DNA of 36,007 nucleotides, taken from an uncultured Nitrospiraceae bacterium (GTDB lineage Bacteria; Nitrospirota; Thermodesulfovibrionia; Thermodesulfovibrionales; UBA6898). Location: assembly GCA_963811165.1 (NCBI GenBank), contig CAWEQH010000007.1:1-36007 (forward strand). Direction: 5' to 3'. The position numbers were made by a program, and so were the translations under genes. Every line of letters starts with the position of its first letter. The stretch's first letter is position 1. Below are positions 10,871 through 22,968 of this stretch, one piece after another. The notes under the pieces are model-generated. The model was given only the letters and a program-made list of their open reading frames with translations. It made no database searches and was not told the origin of the DNA.

Positions 10871-12799
10871 ATGATGAAACGTAGGAGAATGAAACATTAT
10901 CTGGCAGTCTCGGTTGCCTTGCTGACGTGCCTCGTTTATCTCCCGGCCCTCAGGAACGACTTTGTACTCACATGGGATGACAGCCAGTACATTTCGAAAA
11001 TCTTCTGATATCCGTTCTGTCAACGCGGCTTTTTTCAGATGGGCTTTCTCCTCTTTTTATGCCTCAAACTGGCACCCGCTCACCTGGATATCCCATGCCC
11101 TGGATTACGCTGGTCTGGGGATTGAATCCTTTTGGGCACCACCTGACGAATATTATCCTCCACTGGATCAATACCTTTCTAGTCGTATTGCTGGTTGTGA
11201 GATTGGTGGAGATTGCTTCGCTGCTTAACTCCCCCCATCCCCCTCTTAGGCCAAGAGGGGGCGCCGAAGGCGGGGGCGTTATTCAACCTATGGAGAGCAA
11301 TTCACGATTCACTTTGATCGCCGCTGCAACTACCGGTCTTCTTTTCGGCCTGCACCCCCTGCATGTGGAGTCGGTGGCATGGGTTTCGGAAAGGAAGGAT
11401 CTTTTGTGCGCCCTGTTTTATCTGTTAAGTATCATGGCGTATACCTCTTATCTTAAGAGGGGATGGCGCCATGCCTACCGGCAGGCAGGAAGCCGGGGGC
11501 ATTACCTCCTCGCTCTTTGCTTTTTCATCCTTGCCCTTCTTAGCAAGCCGATGGCGGTGAGTCTCCCCTTTGTCTTATTCATATCTGGACTGGTATCCTT
11601 TTGGGAGAATCCACTCCCTTAAGACGGTCATGTCCTCACTTACGGAGAAGCTGCCGTTTATTGGACTGAGCGTTGCGTCATCTGTAGTGACTGTTTTTGC
11701 GCAGAGGGATGTAATACAATCTACGGAGTTTATTCCATTGTCGGTGCGCCTGCCCGTTGCTGCGAAATCACTCGTTGTCTACCTCTGGAAGATGTTGATA
11801 CCGGTAAACTTGGCCCCTTTCTATCCGTATCCGGAGAGCGCGTCGCTTTTCTCTCCGGAATATCTCTTCGCGGTCGTCCTTGTAGTCGCCAGTACCATTG
11901 CCTTCGTAACCATTGCGAAGAAGAGAAGGCTGCCTCTGGCGGTTTGGGGTATTATCTGGCGACCCTTATGCCGGTCATCGGCCTCGTTCAGGTGGGTCTT
12001 CAGTCGATGGCGGACAGGTATGCATATCTGCCGAGTGTCGGTCCGTTTCTGGTTCTCGGATTGGGAGTGGCTTTTTTCTGTAGAGGTTGCAGCGAAAAAA
12101 TGGCGGGCTGGCGGGCCTCGCTTTACCCTGGCTGCATTTTCTGTCCTGGGTATTATAATGTTGTACCTTACCATCGGGCAGATAGCCGCATGGAAAGACA
12201 GCATAACCTTATGGACCACGGTCCTTAATAAGGAGGTTGAGGGCTCTTTTCTTGCCTACGATAATCGTGCAATGGCTTTCGTCAAAATGAGGCAGTATGA
12301 CAAGGCTATTGATGATTACACTAGAGCAATAGAGCTGAATCCGCGATATTTTGTGCTTTTCAGCAACAGAGGTGAGGCATACATGAAAGCAGGCCGGCTT
12401 GACGAGGCTGCCCGCGACTTCGATAAAGTCATGGCATCAGCCCGATTTCATCTGCGGGCTTATGATGACTATGTTGAGCTGGGCAACCTGTATGGAAAGG
12501 CAGGGGCGCCGGACAAGGCGGTGGTCTCCCTCGGCAAGGCGATAATCATAAACCCCGGAGGGCACGCAGCCTATAATGACCGCGGATTTGTCTATTCGCT
12601 CCTCGGACAGGACGACAAGGCATTGGAACACTATAACAGGGCGATCGATCTAAACGCCGACTATGCGGCAGCCTACGTCAATCGCGCCAATCTCTACCTC
12701 AAGATGGGCGATAAGGAACTTGCGGTGCGCGATTTTCGGAAGGCATGCAGCCTGGGAAATAAGGCGGCGTGCGACGCGCTTCAGTCGAATGCAAAATGA
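10871..12799 (+). CDS. TMTC-like GT-C glycosyltransferase with C-terminal TPRs, copy 2 (frameshifted)
   Basis: NDFVLTWDD, NWHPLTWISH, LHPLHVESVAWVSERKD, SKPMAVSLP and QSMADRYAYLP, then several TPRs (AYDNRAMAF...AIDDYTRAIELNP). Confidence 0.85.
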
Positions 12800-13061
12800 C
12801 GGCTTGTCGCAAAGCAGACGAATGACACTGCCGCAGGCGCGATGAAGGCGGCCTGCGGCAGCTTGTCCAAGAAGGCTGATTTTATTTCCCCGGCAGCGGG
12901 TCCGATTGCAAGATCTGTTTCCCTGCCAGCACTAACGTGCGGTTGCTTCCACACGCTAAGGTGAAGAAGGGAGCAGCACTCTGCGTAATCATTGCCGTCC
13001 ATTTCTCCCCGTCCGACGACACATAAACCCTGCGATTGTTTTTTGCGCCCTCTCCGGGACA

Positions 13062-14643
13062 TCAGGCGTGGCGGCGGTTATATCGATCGAAACAATACGT
13101 TATGTCCCAGAGATTATAAGTGGTGCCTGAATTAACAAGCTTCCATTCCATGCCGTTGGGGGAGACAAGAACTGTTCCATCCCTTCCAACGGCAACGTAG
13201 CCTTTGCTACCAAAGGTTACACCCCTTAGCTCTACAAGCCGATTCTTCACCCCGATATCCTTTTTCGTCCAGACTGATCCATCGGCAGAGTGCAGAACAG
13301 CGCCATTATCGCCTACCGCTACGTATCCGTCGTTGCCGTATGCCACGCTGCGGAGAGTCACGTCTGTCTCCGACTTACGTTCGACCCATTTCAAACCGTC
13401 CGTTGAGACGAGCACCGCACCCGTTGTGCCCACGGCTACGTATCCTCCCCGGCCGTATGATGCTTCAAGAAGATTTGGATGCGTAACCGTCTCCCTTGAG
13501 ACCCATTTTATCCCGTCCGTAGAGCTTAATACCGTCCCGTTGTCGCCGACCGCAAGATATCCTTTGTTGTCATGGGTGACGGCATTGAGTCGTTGTGTTG
13601 TCTGGGAGTTGCCGGCAGTCCATACAGCGCCGTCAGGTGAAAGCATTACGGTCCCTTTGTCTCCGACAGCAACAAAGCGATCGACTCCAAAAGTCAATCC
13701 CCTTAGTATGTTAGTCGTTCCAGATACAATAGGAGTAAATTTTGCAAGGTCTTGGCTAGCAAATACGGTATCAGAGGTTCCAGCAACAGCCAGGGTCTTA
13801 TTACCAAAGGCAACAGCATAAAGTGTCTCTGATGTCCCTGCTGTCAGAGTGGACCAGGAGATGCCGTCTGCAGAGGTCAATACAATGCCGGAATTCCCCA
13901 CGGCAATGTATCTGTCCTCGGAGTACGTCACAGCCTTCAACCAGGCGGAAAAGCCCGTCTTCTTTGAAGTCCATTGTTCACCGTCCGAAGAGAACAATAC
14001 AGTATCCGGTCCACAGGCCGCTATGAAACCTGCTTTTCCGGCAGTCACAGCCCTGATGCTGTAAGGGGTCTCTATCACTTCTTTCCGCCACTTTTTTCCA
14101 TCTGTCGACGTGATGATTAAGCCGTTGTCCCCTGTGGCTACGAACGTACCTTTTGCAAAGGCGACGCTTCTAAGGCTGTCGGATACCCCGGAAGAGCCGC
14201 TGTCCAAGCGGTCGCGTCGGTGGATGTAAAAATGGTTCCTTGATCTCCCACCGCTACAAAAAGATTTTTTCCATAGGTAACACTTTCAATGGCTGCGTTA
14301 CCGCCTGAGGACATGGCCCTCCATTTCATGCCGTCGTCTGAAGCGAGCAAAATGCCTTTGCTGCCGGCAACTATAAACAGCCCGTTAACGTACGTTACTG
14401 ATCTAAGCGTCTCTCCAGTCCCAGACGGCACCGATGACCAGTTGAAGCCGTCAGAAGAAGTCAGAATATTCCCTCCTCGCCAACGGTTATAAATCTGCCA
14501 TTGCCGAACGTCGCACTGAAAAATGTGACAGGAACACGCACGTGCCAGGTTAGTTCCTCCTCTGCGGCGGACGCCGGACGGGAGAGAAGCGACAAAGCTA
14601 AAATGACTAATTGAAAAAGCACATACAATCTCTTCACGTTCAT
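13062..14643 (-). CDS. Secreted beta-propeller repeat protein (YCF48/BNR Asp-box-like), split by two frameshifts
   Basis: Signal peptide (RPASA|AEEE) and about a dozen VAVGxxGxVLxSxDGxxW repeats across ORFs 14461..14643, 14138..14431 and 13062..14207. Confidence 0.8.
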
Positions 14644-15100
14644 GATATTTCTTCCTTTCGTTGCAAACTTATCGCAGCGCCGCCGAGTTGTCTAACAGCC
14701 CTCAGGAAAAAAGCCTACCGGCGCGCACTGGGCGTTATCTGCTTTTCTGCCAGTGAAGAAAAGTTTACCCTTTTTCTCGGTAATTTTTCAATAATGCGGC
14801 CTCAAGAGTGGCGGTTCTTTACTTCGAAGGTTAGTGAAGTTTTGTCTGAACCTTGACTGTCTGCTCCTCATTGAGAGATTTTTTTTATGGCTGTAAGTTA
14901 AAATATATCGCTTGGAGTTCTCAGCAATGGTAGCAGTGACTTCAGTCCAGGAAGATATCGAGAAGTCACTAACTGTCATCGCGGCTGGCTCGCAACCTTC
15001 CTGAAAAAAAGTTTCGGGTAGGCGCGGCTGGCGATTATGGCGCGTTGCTCATGAACTGCTTGATTAAGTAGAGACGAAAGTGAATACGCGGGGAGGCACA

Positions 15101-15792
15101 ATGAATAAGAAGATTATACGACTGGTATGCCTTGTTCTCATGGGGTTGGGTGCCGCGACGATTTTGTCATGTGCACATGGAACCCCGGAGAGGAATAATA
15201 AGGCCATTTCGGAGGAAGAGCATGGGAAGATGCTCGAACGGTATAAGCTGGGTGTTGAGGAATCGAAGAAGTTTGTGGTGGCCAAGGTGAACGGTACAGA
15301 CATTACTATGAACCAGCTCATCGACAGGATGAATAAGATAGCGCCAACGTATATTAAAGACCCCGTGAAAGGACCCCTGAACTGGACAATAAGGTGAAGC
15401 AGGAGGCCCTTGATGTACTGATCTTCCGGGAACTGGCCATACAGGATGCGGTGAGACACGGGGATGAAGGTAGATTCCGGCCAGATTGATCATTCCATAC
15501 AGACGTTGAGGCATGTGACCGGCACCGAAGAAGATTTCACGCATATCTTTCTCAGCGGGGGCTGACGGAAGAGTCTCTCAGGAAAGAGATCGAAAGGGAT
15601 GAGCTCTTTAATATGGTTGCTGAGAAGGAGATTGCCGCGAAGATGGACAGTAGCCAAGAAGGGAAGCTGCGATCCAGAAGAGGAAAAGAGGAGTGGGAGG
15701 CGGAACTGAAGAAGAAAGCGACGATAGTGATAAGCCTTGAAGAAGTTGAACGGAAACTGAGGGAAAAACCCTCTGACTCGCATGACAAGTAA
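15101..15792 (+). CDS. SurA N-terminal-domain lipoprotein lacking the rotamase domain (frameshifted)
   Basis: Lipobox-like ILSC, VVAKVNGTDITM and ALDVLIFRELA, then a direct jump to the C-terminal helix EWEAELKKKATIVI...HDK*. Confidence 0.7.
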
Positions 15793-15877
15793 AGGCTGCG
15801 CAGATACCTTGCTGACCTCCGGGTGTCCGGTCGTACGGAGTCGTCAGTTTCATAGAGAATCTTTATACGGAGGCGAG

Positions 15878-16937
15878 ATGAAGAAAACAACCATATGGTT
15901 ACCGCTGGGACTCGCGGTGATGGTCGCGCTGACCACTCTCTCATGTTCAGGGGGGGAAGAAGGAGGCTGAAAAAAAACCGCCCGAGCATGAAAAAGTAAT
16001 GGCTAACAGTATGAAAAAGGGCGTTGAGGAATCGAAGAAGGTCGTAATAGCGCGGGTAAACGGGACCGAGATCACCATGAAAGACCTCATAGAGCAGATG
16101 AATCGGCTGGCGCCGAAGTATCTCAGTAAACGGAAGGAGAGGTCCCCGGAGATAGATCAAAAGGTGAAAAAAGAGTGCCCTTACCTCCTCGTCTTCCGGG
16201 AACTGGCGACGCAGGAGGCTGCCAGGCGCGGCATGAAGGTCAAACCCGAAGCGGTAGACCAGGCCATTGCCGCAATGAAGTCCAAGGCAGGCTCCAAAGA
16301 GGCCTTCAGGAAGAAACCTTGCAGTGACCGGTACACAGAGGCCTCGATGCGGCAGGCAGTGGCGCACGACTTGCTCTTCGACATGATCGCAGGGCAGGAG
16401 ATATTTCAGAAAATAAAAGTTGATGAAAAACGGATAAAGGCCGTATACGATAAGGACAAGATGAAGTTCACCGGCCGGAGATACGCCGTCGACGAGGTCG
16501 TTGTCATGAAGGGCAGCGACGAGGCTGCGGTCATGAAGAGGGCGAAGGAACTCCTCGCCTATCTCAGAAAAAACAATAATGACTTTTCCGAAACTTTACG
16601 CCGGACAGCACATTTATGGTCCGTCAGGGCATGATCAGCCGTCAGGAGTATCCGAGGCTCTTCACTGCTGCAGCGAAGCTGAAACAGGGAGAACTCAGTG
16701 AGGTGATCGGCGAGGATGACGGCTTTCACATTATCCGGGTTGTGGGACACGACCCCGGCGCGAAGATGACCTATGAAGAGGCCCGCGGCATTATAGAGAA
16801 CGACCTGAAACAACCGATGCTCGAAAAACGGAAACAGGAGTTTGAGGCGCAGCTGAAGAAGAACGCCAGGGTGGATAACCCTCGAAGCCGCGGAAAAGAA
16901 ATTACGGGAAACATCTGCGAAGAGCGCATCCAAGTGA
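15878..16937 (+). CDS. SurA/PrsA-like PPIase lipoprotein (frameshifted)
   Basis: Lipobox-like TLSC, IARVNGTEITM, FRELATQEA and GELSEVI...GFHIIRV. The end at 16937 is chosen by similarity to the upstream paralog; 16945 is the alternative. Confidence 0.8.
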
Positions 16938-16965
16938 CAGTGTAAGAGATAGTGCCTGACCCATC

Positions 16966-18804
16966 ATGTATCGAATGGACACCGCTGGCGCAGACAAGAA
17001 GTCCACATCATTGTGCATGCCCCGTGATAGACAGCCGTCGGGAGGAAAGTCTGTCCGAAAGATCAGAAACTTTAATTACGTCCTTGCAGGTATCGTCTCA
17101 CTCATAACCTTTCTTGTATATCTCCCCTCTCTTCAGAATGAATTTGTTCATTTGGATGACCCCATGTATGTATTTGAAAATTCACACATCACTTCGTTGG
17201 ACGTACCTTTCTTCAGATGGGCGTTTTTTGATTTCTACGCTGCCAATTGGCATCCACTTACATGGATATCCCATGCCCTGGATTACGCGATCTGGGGTCT
17301 AATTCCCTGGGGCATCATCTGACCAATAACATCATCCATACCATGAATACTTTTCTTGTGGTGCTACTGATTGTGAAACTGATAGAGGTTGCCCGGCACG
17401 AGTCGCGTTCCGCGTCTGCTGAAGCCCTCGCCGCGGCAGGTGTGACCGGCCTGCTCTTCGGCCTTCACCCCCTTCATGTGGAGTCGGTGGCGTGGGTTTC
17501 CGAAAGGAAAGATCTTTTGTGCGCCATGTTTTATTTGCTGAGCGTAATAATGTATGTCAAATATGTATGTAGGGGTGGCCCCCTGTGGACGCCCAAAGAA
17601 GGGCAACCACACAGGGTTGCCTCTATACAAAACGATCCTCGCATCAGACGAGACGCCCCCGCGCGCAGGCGGGTTCACCGAGGAGAAGAGGAGACCGGCA
17701 AAGCCGGGATCACAACGCCTTATCCTCCCTCTGATCTTTCCTCTTCAGCGAATTCCGGCCGAGTGCGGGGAAGAGGGGGTGGCGAAGCCGGGAGGTACAT
17801 CCTTGCTCTTTGCTTCTTCATCTTTGCTCTTATGAGTAAGCCCATGGCCGTCAGCCTCCCTCTGGTCCTGCTGATATTGGATTGGTATCCCTTCAGGAGA
17901 ATTGACTTCTCAAGGAGCTCCTGGGCGTCGTCGCGGAAAAGACTCCTTTCTTTTTGCTGAGCCTTCTTTATTAATGCTGACAATTATGGCGCAAAAATCG
18001 GGCGGTGCCGTAATACCGTTAGGGTCCATAACATTTTCAACACGGATGCTTGTCGCACCAAAGGCTCTAGTCAATTATCTTGGAATATGATCTGGCCCTT
18101 GAATTTGTGCCCTTTTTATCCCTATCCGGTGGGTTCCCTTATTTTTCTCTGTGGAATATGCACTCCCGATTGTCCTTGTCATCGGCTGTACCTTGTTTGC
18201 CATCGCGGCTGCAAAAAAGCAGAGATTATGGTTAGCTGTCTACCTCGTTTATGTTATCACCTTGCTCCCTGTCATTGGCATTGTCCAGGTAGGGTTTCAA
18301 GCAATGGCTGACAGGTATACTTATCTGCCAAGTGTCGGCCCCTTCCTCATATTTGGTTTAGCCGTCGCGCGGGCGACAAAAAATGCATATGAGGTAAACA
18401 ACGGCGATCTAAAGCGAAGGCTTGTTGCTGGTGTCGCCGCTATTTCTTTGCTCGGCGCTATGATAACTTTGACTGTCAATCAAATCAGGATATGGGAAAA
18501 CGACTTCATCCTGTGGAATTACATAATCGAAAAGACACCCGAAGGGTAGGGATATGTTGCGTACAAGACCCGAGGCACATTGTACGATCAAAGGGGCCAG
18601 TTTGGCAAGGCACTTGATGACTACGCCAAAGCAATTTCATTAAATCAAAGTGATTCGCAAACATTCGTCAACCGCGGGCTGCTTTACCTCAAGCTTGGTC
18701 AGGCCCAACTCGCTATCGCTGATTTCAATAGGGCCTGTGAATTGGGAGATTCTTTCGGGTGCAACGCTCCGCGATACCTTATGAAAAAAGGTGCGCAAGA
18801 ATAA
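16966..18804 (+). CDS. TMTC-like GT-C glycosyltransferase with a short TPR tail, copy 3 (frameshifted)
   Basis: NEFVHLDD, NWHPLTWISHALDY, HPLHVESVAWVSERKD, SKPMAVSLP and QAMADRYTYLP; about 2 TPRs at 18560..18804. Confidence 0.85.
17569..17628. repeat. GTAG-type REP doublet lying in-frame inside TMTC-like copy 3
   Basis: GTAGGGGTGGCCCCCTGTGGACGCCC-aaagaa-GGGCAACCACACAGGGTTGCCTCTATAC: two imperfect palindromes in inverted arrangement. Confidence 0.65.
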
Positions 18805-18883
18805 ATAGTTCGGTAAGGAGCGGAGGAATTCTAAAATATCCCGGCAATCTCATTTATTCATAGATGCAAGGGCATCGCGAAAG

Positions 18884-19249
<366 letters not shown>

Positions 19250-19272
19250 TTAGTGAGGGTGTCGTTATGATC

Positions 19273-20654
19273 TTACAGATTATACGCCCTTTCGCCGTGC
19301 TGGCTTTCATCGAGCCCCATAACTTCATCTTCAGCATCCACCCTTAACCCGACTACGGCTTTAATGATCATGAAGATCACAAATGTCATGATGCCGCTAT
19401 ACACCAGGGTGACGCCGACGGCGATCAGTTGCGTCAACAGCTGACCGGGATTTCCGTAAAGAAGCCCCTTCCCGGCGTCATTGATCGCGGGGTCGGCAAA
19501 AACTCCCGTCAGGATCGCGCCTATCGTTCCGCCGATGCCATGAATGCCGAACGCATCGAGCGTGTCGTCATACCCCAGTTTCGGTTTGAGCCAGGCTACG
19601 GCAAAGAAGGGCACTATGCCCGCTGCTATCCCTATAATGATGGCTCCGGTTATGTTTACAAACCCTGCGGCCGGCGTGATAGCAACCAGTCCTCCGACTG
19701 CGCCCGAGGCAATGCCGAGTACTGTCGGTTTCTTTGAATGCACCCACTCAACCGCCATCCACGACAATGCCGCAACCGCCGCCGCGGTGTTTGTATTAAT
19801 GAAGGCCGCTCCGGCAATGCCGTTTGCCGCGACTGCCGAGCCCGCATTGAAGCCGAACCATCCGAACCAGAGAAGGCCCGCGCCGGTCACAACAAGGGTC
19901 AAATTGCCCGGCATGAGCGCCTTTTCCCGTCTCCTGCCGAGGACCAGCGCACCCACAAGGGCGGCGATACCTGCATTCACATGGACCACTGTGCCGCCTG
20001 CAAAGTCGAGCGCACCGAGCTTTGCCAAGAAATCCGCCTCCCCATACCCAATGTGCCACCGGAAGGTACACCAGCGTCATCCAAAGGACGGTGAAGATGA
20101 CCCACGCCGAAAACTTCATGCGTTCGATATATGCACCGCTTGCAAGGGCGACCGTGATCGCCGCAAACGTCAGCTGATAGGCGATGTAGATGAACTCCGG
20201 TATCGTCTTTGCGAGGTCGGATATGCTGTTTGGCCCGACACCTTTGAGGAACAGTTTCTCGGCTCCTCCGATGAAGCCGCCGATATCGCTCCCGAAAGAA
20301 AAGGTGTAGCCGTAGAGCACCCACAGTAAACTTACGATGCAGAATGTCACAAAGGTCATGGCCATCGTGTTGAGGGAATCCTTCCTTTTCGACAATCCGC
20401 CGTAAAAAAGCGCGAGGCCGGGAATCGACATCAGCATGACCAGCGCGGTCGCCACGATCATCCAGGCCGTATCACCTGTATCTATCTTGACCGGGGCGGA
20501 AGACGCAGAGGCGGAAGCAGGCGCCTGCTGCTGCAGGCATGTTCTGCCCGGCCGATATGGAGGGGCTGCCGGGCTGCGCCTGATCTTCGGCGAATAACAG
20601 GCCTGCTGAAAGCAAGACCCCTAAAACAATGAAGACAATCACTAACTTTCTCAC
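19273..20654 (-). CDS. amtB: Ammonium transporter (two frameshifts)
   Basis: [42 protein letters not shown] and [15 protein letters not shown] start at 20654 follows an AAGGAGGAG RBS. Confidence 0.95.
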
Positions 20655-20705
20655 TTTGTTACTCCTCCTTTTTCTGTCGAATATCACTTAATAATCGCTA
20701 TCGAT

Positions 20706-20921
20706 TTATAGACTTTTCCCTTCCTGATTGTCCTTGTCCTCAACCCATCTTACCTCCTTTTTTCTTATTCCATATTTATTGATCTTATATACGATTATCC
20801 TCTCCGTTATGCCGAGTTTCCTTGCTGCCCTCGCCATGATCCAGTCACATTCCTTAAGGGCCTTGATTATTTCTCCCCTCTCGAGCTCCTGTATCCTGTC
20901 TTTTAGTGTTACCATTGTCAT
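20706..20921 (-). CDS. Stand-alone Fis-type HTH protein resembling a NifA C-terminal DNA-binding domain
   Basis: LERGEIIKALKECDWIMARAARKLGITERIIVYKINKYGI; 71 aa, no AAA+ domain upstream. Confidence 0.8.
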   Translation of the reverse strand: MTMVTLKDRIQELERGEIIKALKECDWIMARAARKLGITERIIVYKINKYGIRKKEVRWVEDKDNQEGKSL

Positions 20922-20929
20922 ATGGTATT

Positions 20930-20945
20930 AGCCAAAAATGTGCCA
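20930..20945 (-). promoter_or_regulatory. Sigma54 (-24/-12) promoter of the HTH-amtB-glnK operon
   Basis: The minus strand reads TGGCACATTTTTGGCT (GG-N10-GC). Confidence 0.75.
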
Positions 20946-20975
20946 GGCTGTATCCCCTTGATTTTTAAATGACTT

Positions 20976-21020
20976 ACAAAAATGCATATAAGACATTTTT
21001 GTATTTTAGAACATTTTTGT
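20976..21020. promoter_or_regulatory. Three ACA-W4-TG(T/C) boxes, candidate activator binding sites
   Basis: ACAAAAATGC (20976), ACATTTTTGT (20993) and ACATTTTTGT (21011), spaced 17-18 bp, upstream of the sigma54 promoter. Confidence 0.5.
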
Positions 21021-21289
21021 GCTTCATCCCGCTTTTGGCTATACGACCTTTTTGTTGCTTAATTGTGCATTTCCCGATGCCTTTTTCACCCCTTCCGGGG
21101 CGGATGAGATTGGTCATGAAAGAAGATAAAGCGAAGGTGAGGGGTTGCCGTAATTACAACAAATGGCAACGGCAAAAACGGCTGTTGCGCAACTTTAAAA
21201 ATTTTTATATATTTTTATTTCGCGATGTGGTAATCTACATATAGTTGTTTTCGCTTTATCCTTTTTCAATAACCCAAACAAAAGAGAAT

Positions 21290-21868
21290 ATGAAAGAGAT
21301 CAAAGAAATTATCGACATGGGAAGACGCCTGGACGAACTGGCGTTTGAGACCTATACCCTTTTTTCGAAGCGGGAAGACTTCGACCGTTCGCTTGTGGCC
21401 TTTTGGTCGGGCATGGCGGAATGGAAAAAGAACCACCTGAAGCACTGGAAAAAGGTTGCACGGACTTTTGTATACAGGAACCTCTTTAACAGGGAGCCGG
21501 AAGATCTTAAGGTCATAATCAAGCAGTTGAAAAATATCCAGTCGGAGCACGTAGAGTTCATGCGCAGACTCAGGAAAAAAAGGATAAGCCAGGACGAAGC
21601 GATTTCTCAGACTATATTGAATGAGTTTTGCCTGATCACAGACATATTCCTCGAGATCTTCTATACCTACGATGAGACACTCCAGGACCCTACGTTCAGC
21701 TTCGTAGAGAACTGCGAATCGTACCTTGTGAAGATGGCGAATGCACTTAAGCCCTACCTTAAGCTAAACCCCCTGTATGCCGTTTTGCTCAGGTCCATCG
21801 TGGAACTCAAGCATAAATACGATTTCCTTCTGACCACCTATGGAAAGATGAAGAAGGCTGCCGTATAA
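21290..21868 (+). CDS. Hypothetical helical protein, weakly ferritin/rubrerythrin-like
   Basis: Intact ORF. ELAFETY...FWSGMAEWKKNH echoes the E..A..Y...FW..MA.EE..H pattern but lacks the acidic ligands. Confidence 0.55.
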   Translation: MKEIKEIIDMGRRLDELAFETYTLFSKREDFDRSLVAFWSGMAEWKKNHLKHWKKVARTFVYRNLFNREPEDLKVIIKQLKNIQSEHVEFMRRLRKKRISQDEAISQTILNEFCLITDIFLEIFYTYDETLQDPTFSFVENCESYLVKMANALKPYLKLNPLYAVLLRSIVELKHKYDFLLTTYGKMKKAAV

Positions 21869-21919
21869 GGTCTCTTTTCCCGGCCGGTAGCCGGTCGGAT
21901 TCGGCACGATGAGGCTGCC

Positions 21920-22940
21920 TTGGAAAAACTCAGAATAGGACATCTCTCCACTTTCTACCATACCGCAATCGTTCTCATGGCCAAGAAAGATACCGGCGAA
22001 CGGCTTAACAGGTCGGTCGAATGGAAGCTTTTTGGTACGGGTCCCGCCATAGTCAAGGCATTTGAAGAGGGGCAACTCGACCTTGCATATATCGGCTTGC
22101 CGCCTGCAATCATCGGCATCGGGCGCGGCGTGGCGATCGTCTGCATCGCCGGAGGACATATGGAAGGTACTGTCATTAGCGCAAAAAAGCGTTATCAGGG
22201 TTCGCCGGAAATATCGGACCTTGGCGACATCCTTCATCAGTTCGCCGGCCTAAGGATAGGGGTGCCCGGAAACGGTTCGATCCATGATGTCATCCTCAGA
22301 GAATGCCTCGAAAGGTTCGGACTGAAGGACGAAATAGAGGTAGTTAATTTTTCCTGGTCGGACCGGCTGCTGGAGGCTGTCGTTAAGGATGAGGTGGCTG
22401 CTGCGGTCGGCACGCCTGCGCTTGCGGTTGCGGTGCGTCGCTATGCTCAGGGAACGATCCTTTACCCTCCTTCAAAGTTATGGCCCCACAACCCCAGCTA
22501 CGGCATCCTTGCGGCAAGGGATTTCTTGGCGAAGGAAAGGGAGACCGCTGAAACATTTCTCTTACTGCACGAAGAGGCCTCATCATTTCTGAGGAATAGC
22601 CCCGCCGAGGCGGCAAGACTCATCGCAGGGTACGTCGGGTTTATCGATGAAGAATTCGTTCTTGAAACGCTCAAGGTATCTCCCAAATACTGCGCGCAGG
22701 TCACTCCGGAGTATCTGTCTTCCACCGATCGAGTTCGTAAAGGTCTTACGAAGGCTCGGCTACATCACACGGGAAATCGCGGCGGAAGAGATCTTTGACC
22801 TTTCCCTCATCAATAAGGTACATCCGGGTAAAGACCATTATAACGGGAAGGCCACTACAACTAGGCGCGTGCTGCCTTTTAACCTTGCACCTGCTGCTTT
22901 GCCGCGAGCTCTTCTCGCAGGATTTGTGTTATCCTTTTAG
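21920..22940 (+). CDS. NMT1/SsuA-like solute-binding protein (frameshift near 22728)
   Basis: LRIGHL, FGTGPAIVKAF...LDLAYIGLPPAI and IGVPGNGSIHDVILR; no signal peptide visible. Confidence 0.8.
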
Positions 22941-22968
22941 GGTGAGCGGTGGTAAGACGTTGCGTCAG

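Noticed and set aside
17408..17440. Possible repeat-derived loop A in TMTC-like copy 3 (SASAEALAAAG)
   Set aside because: It is too short and degenerate to support without a genome-wide repeat library.
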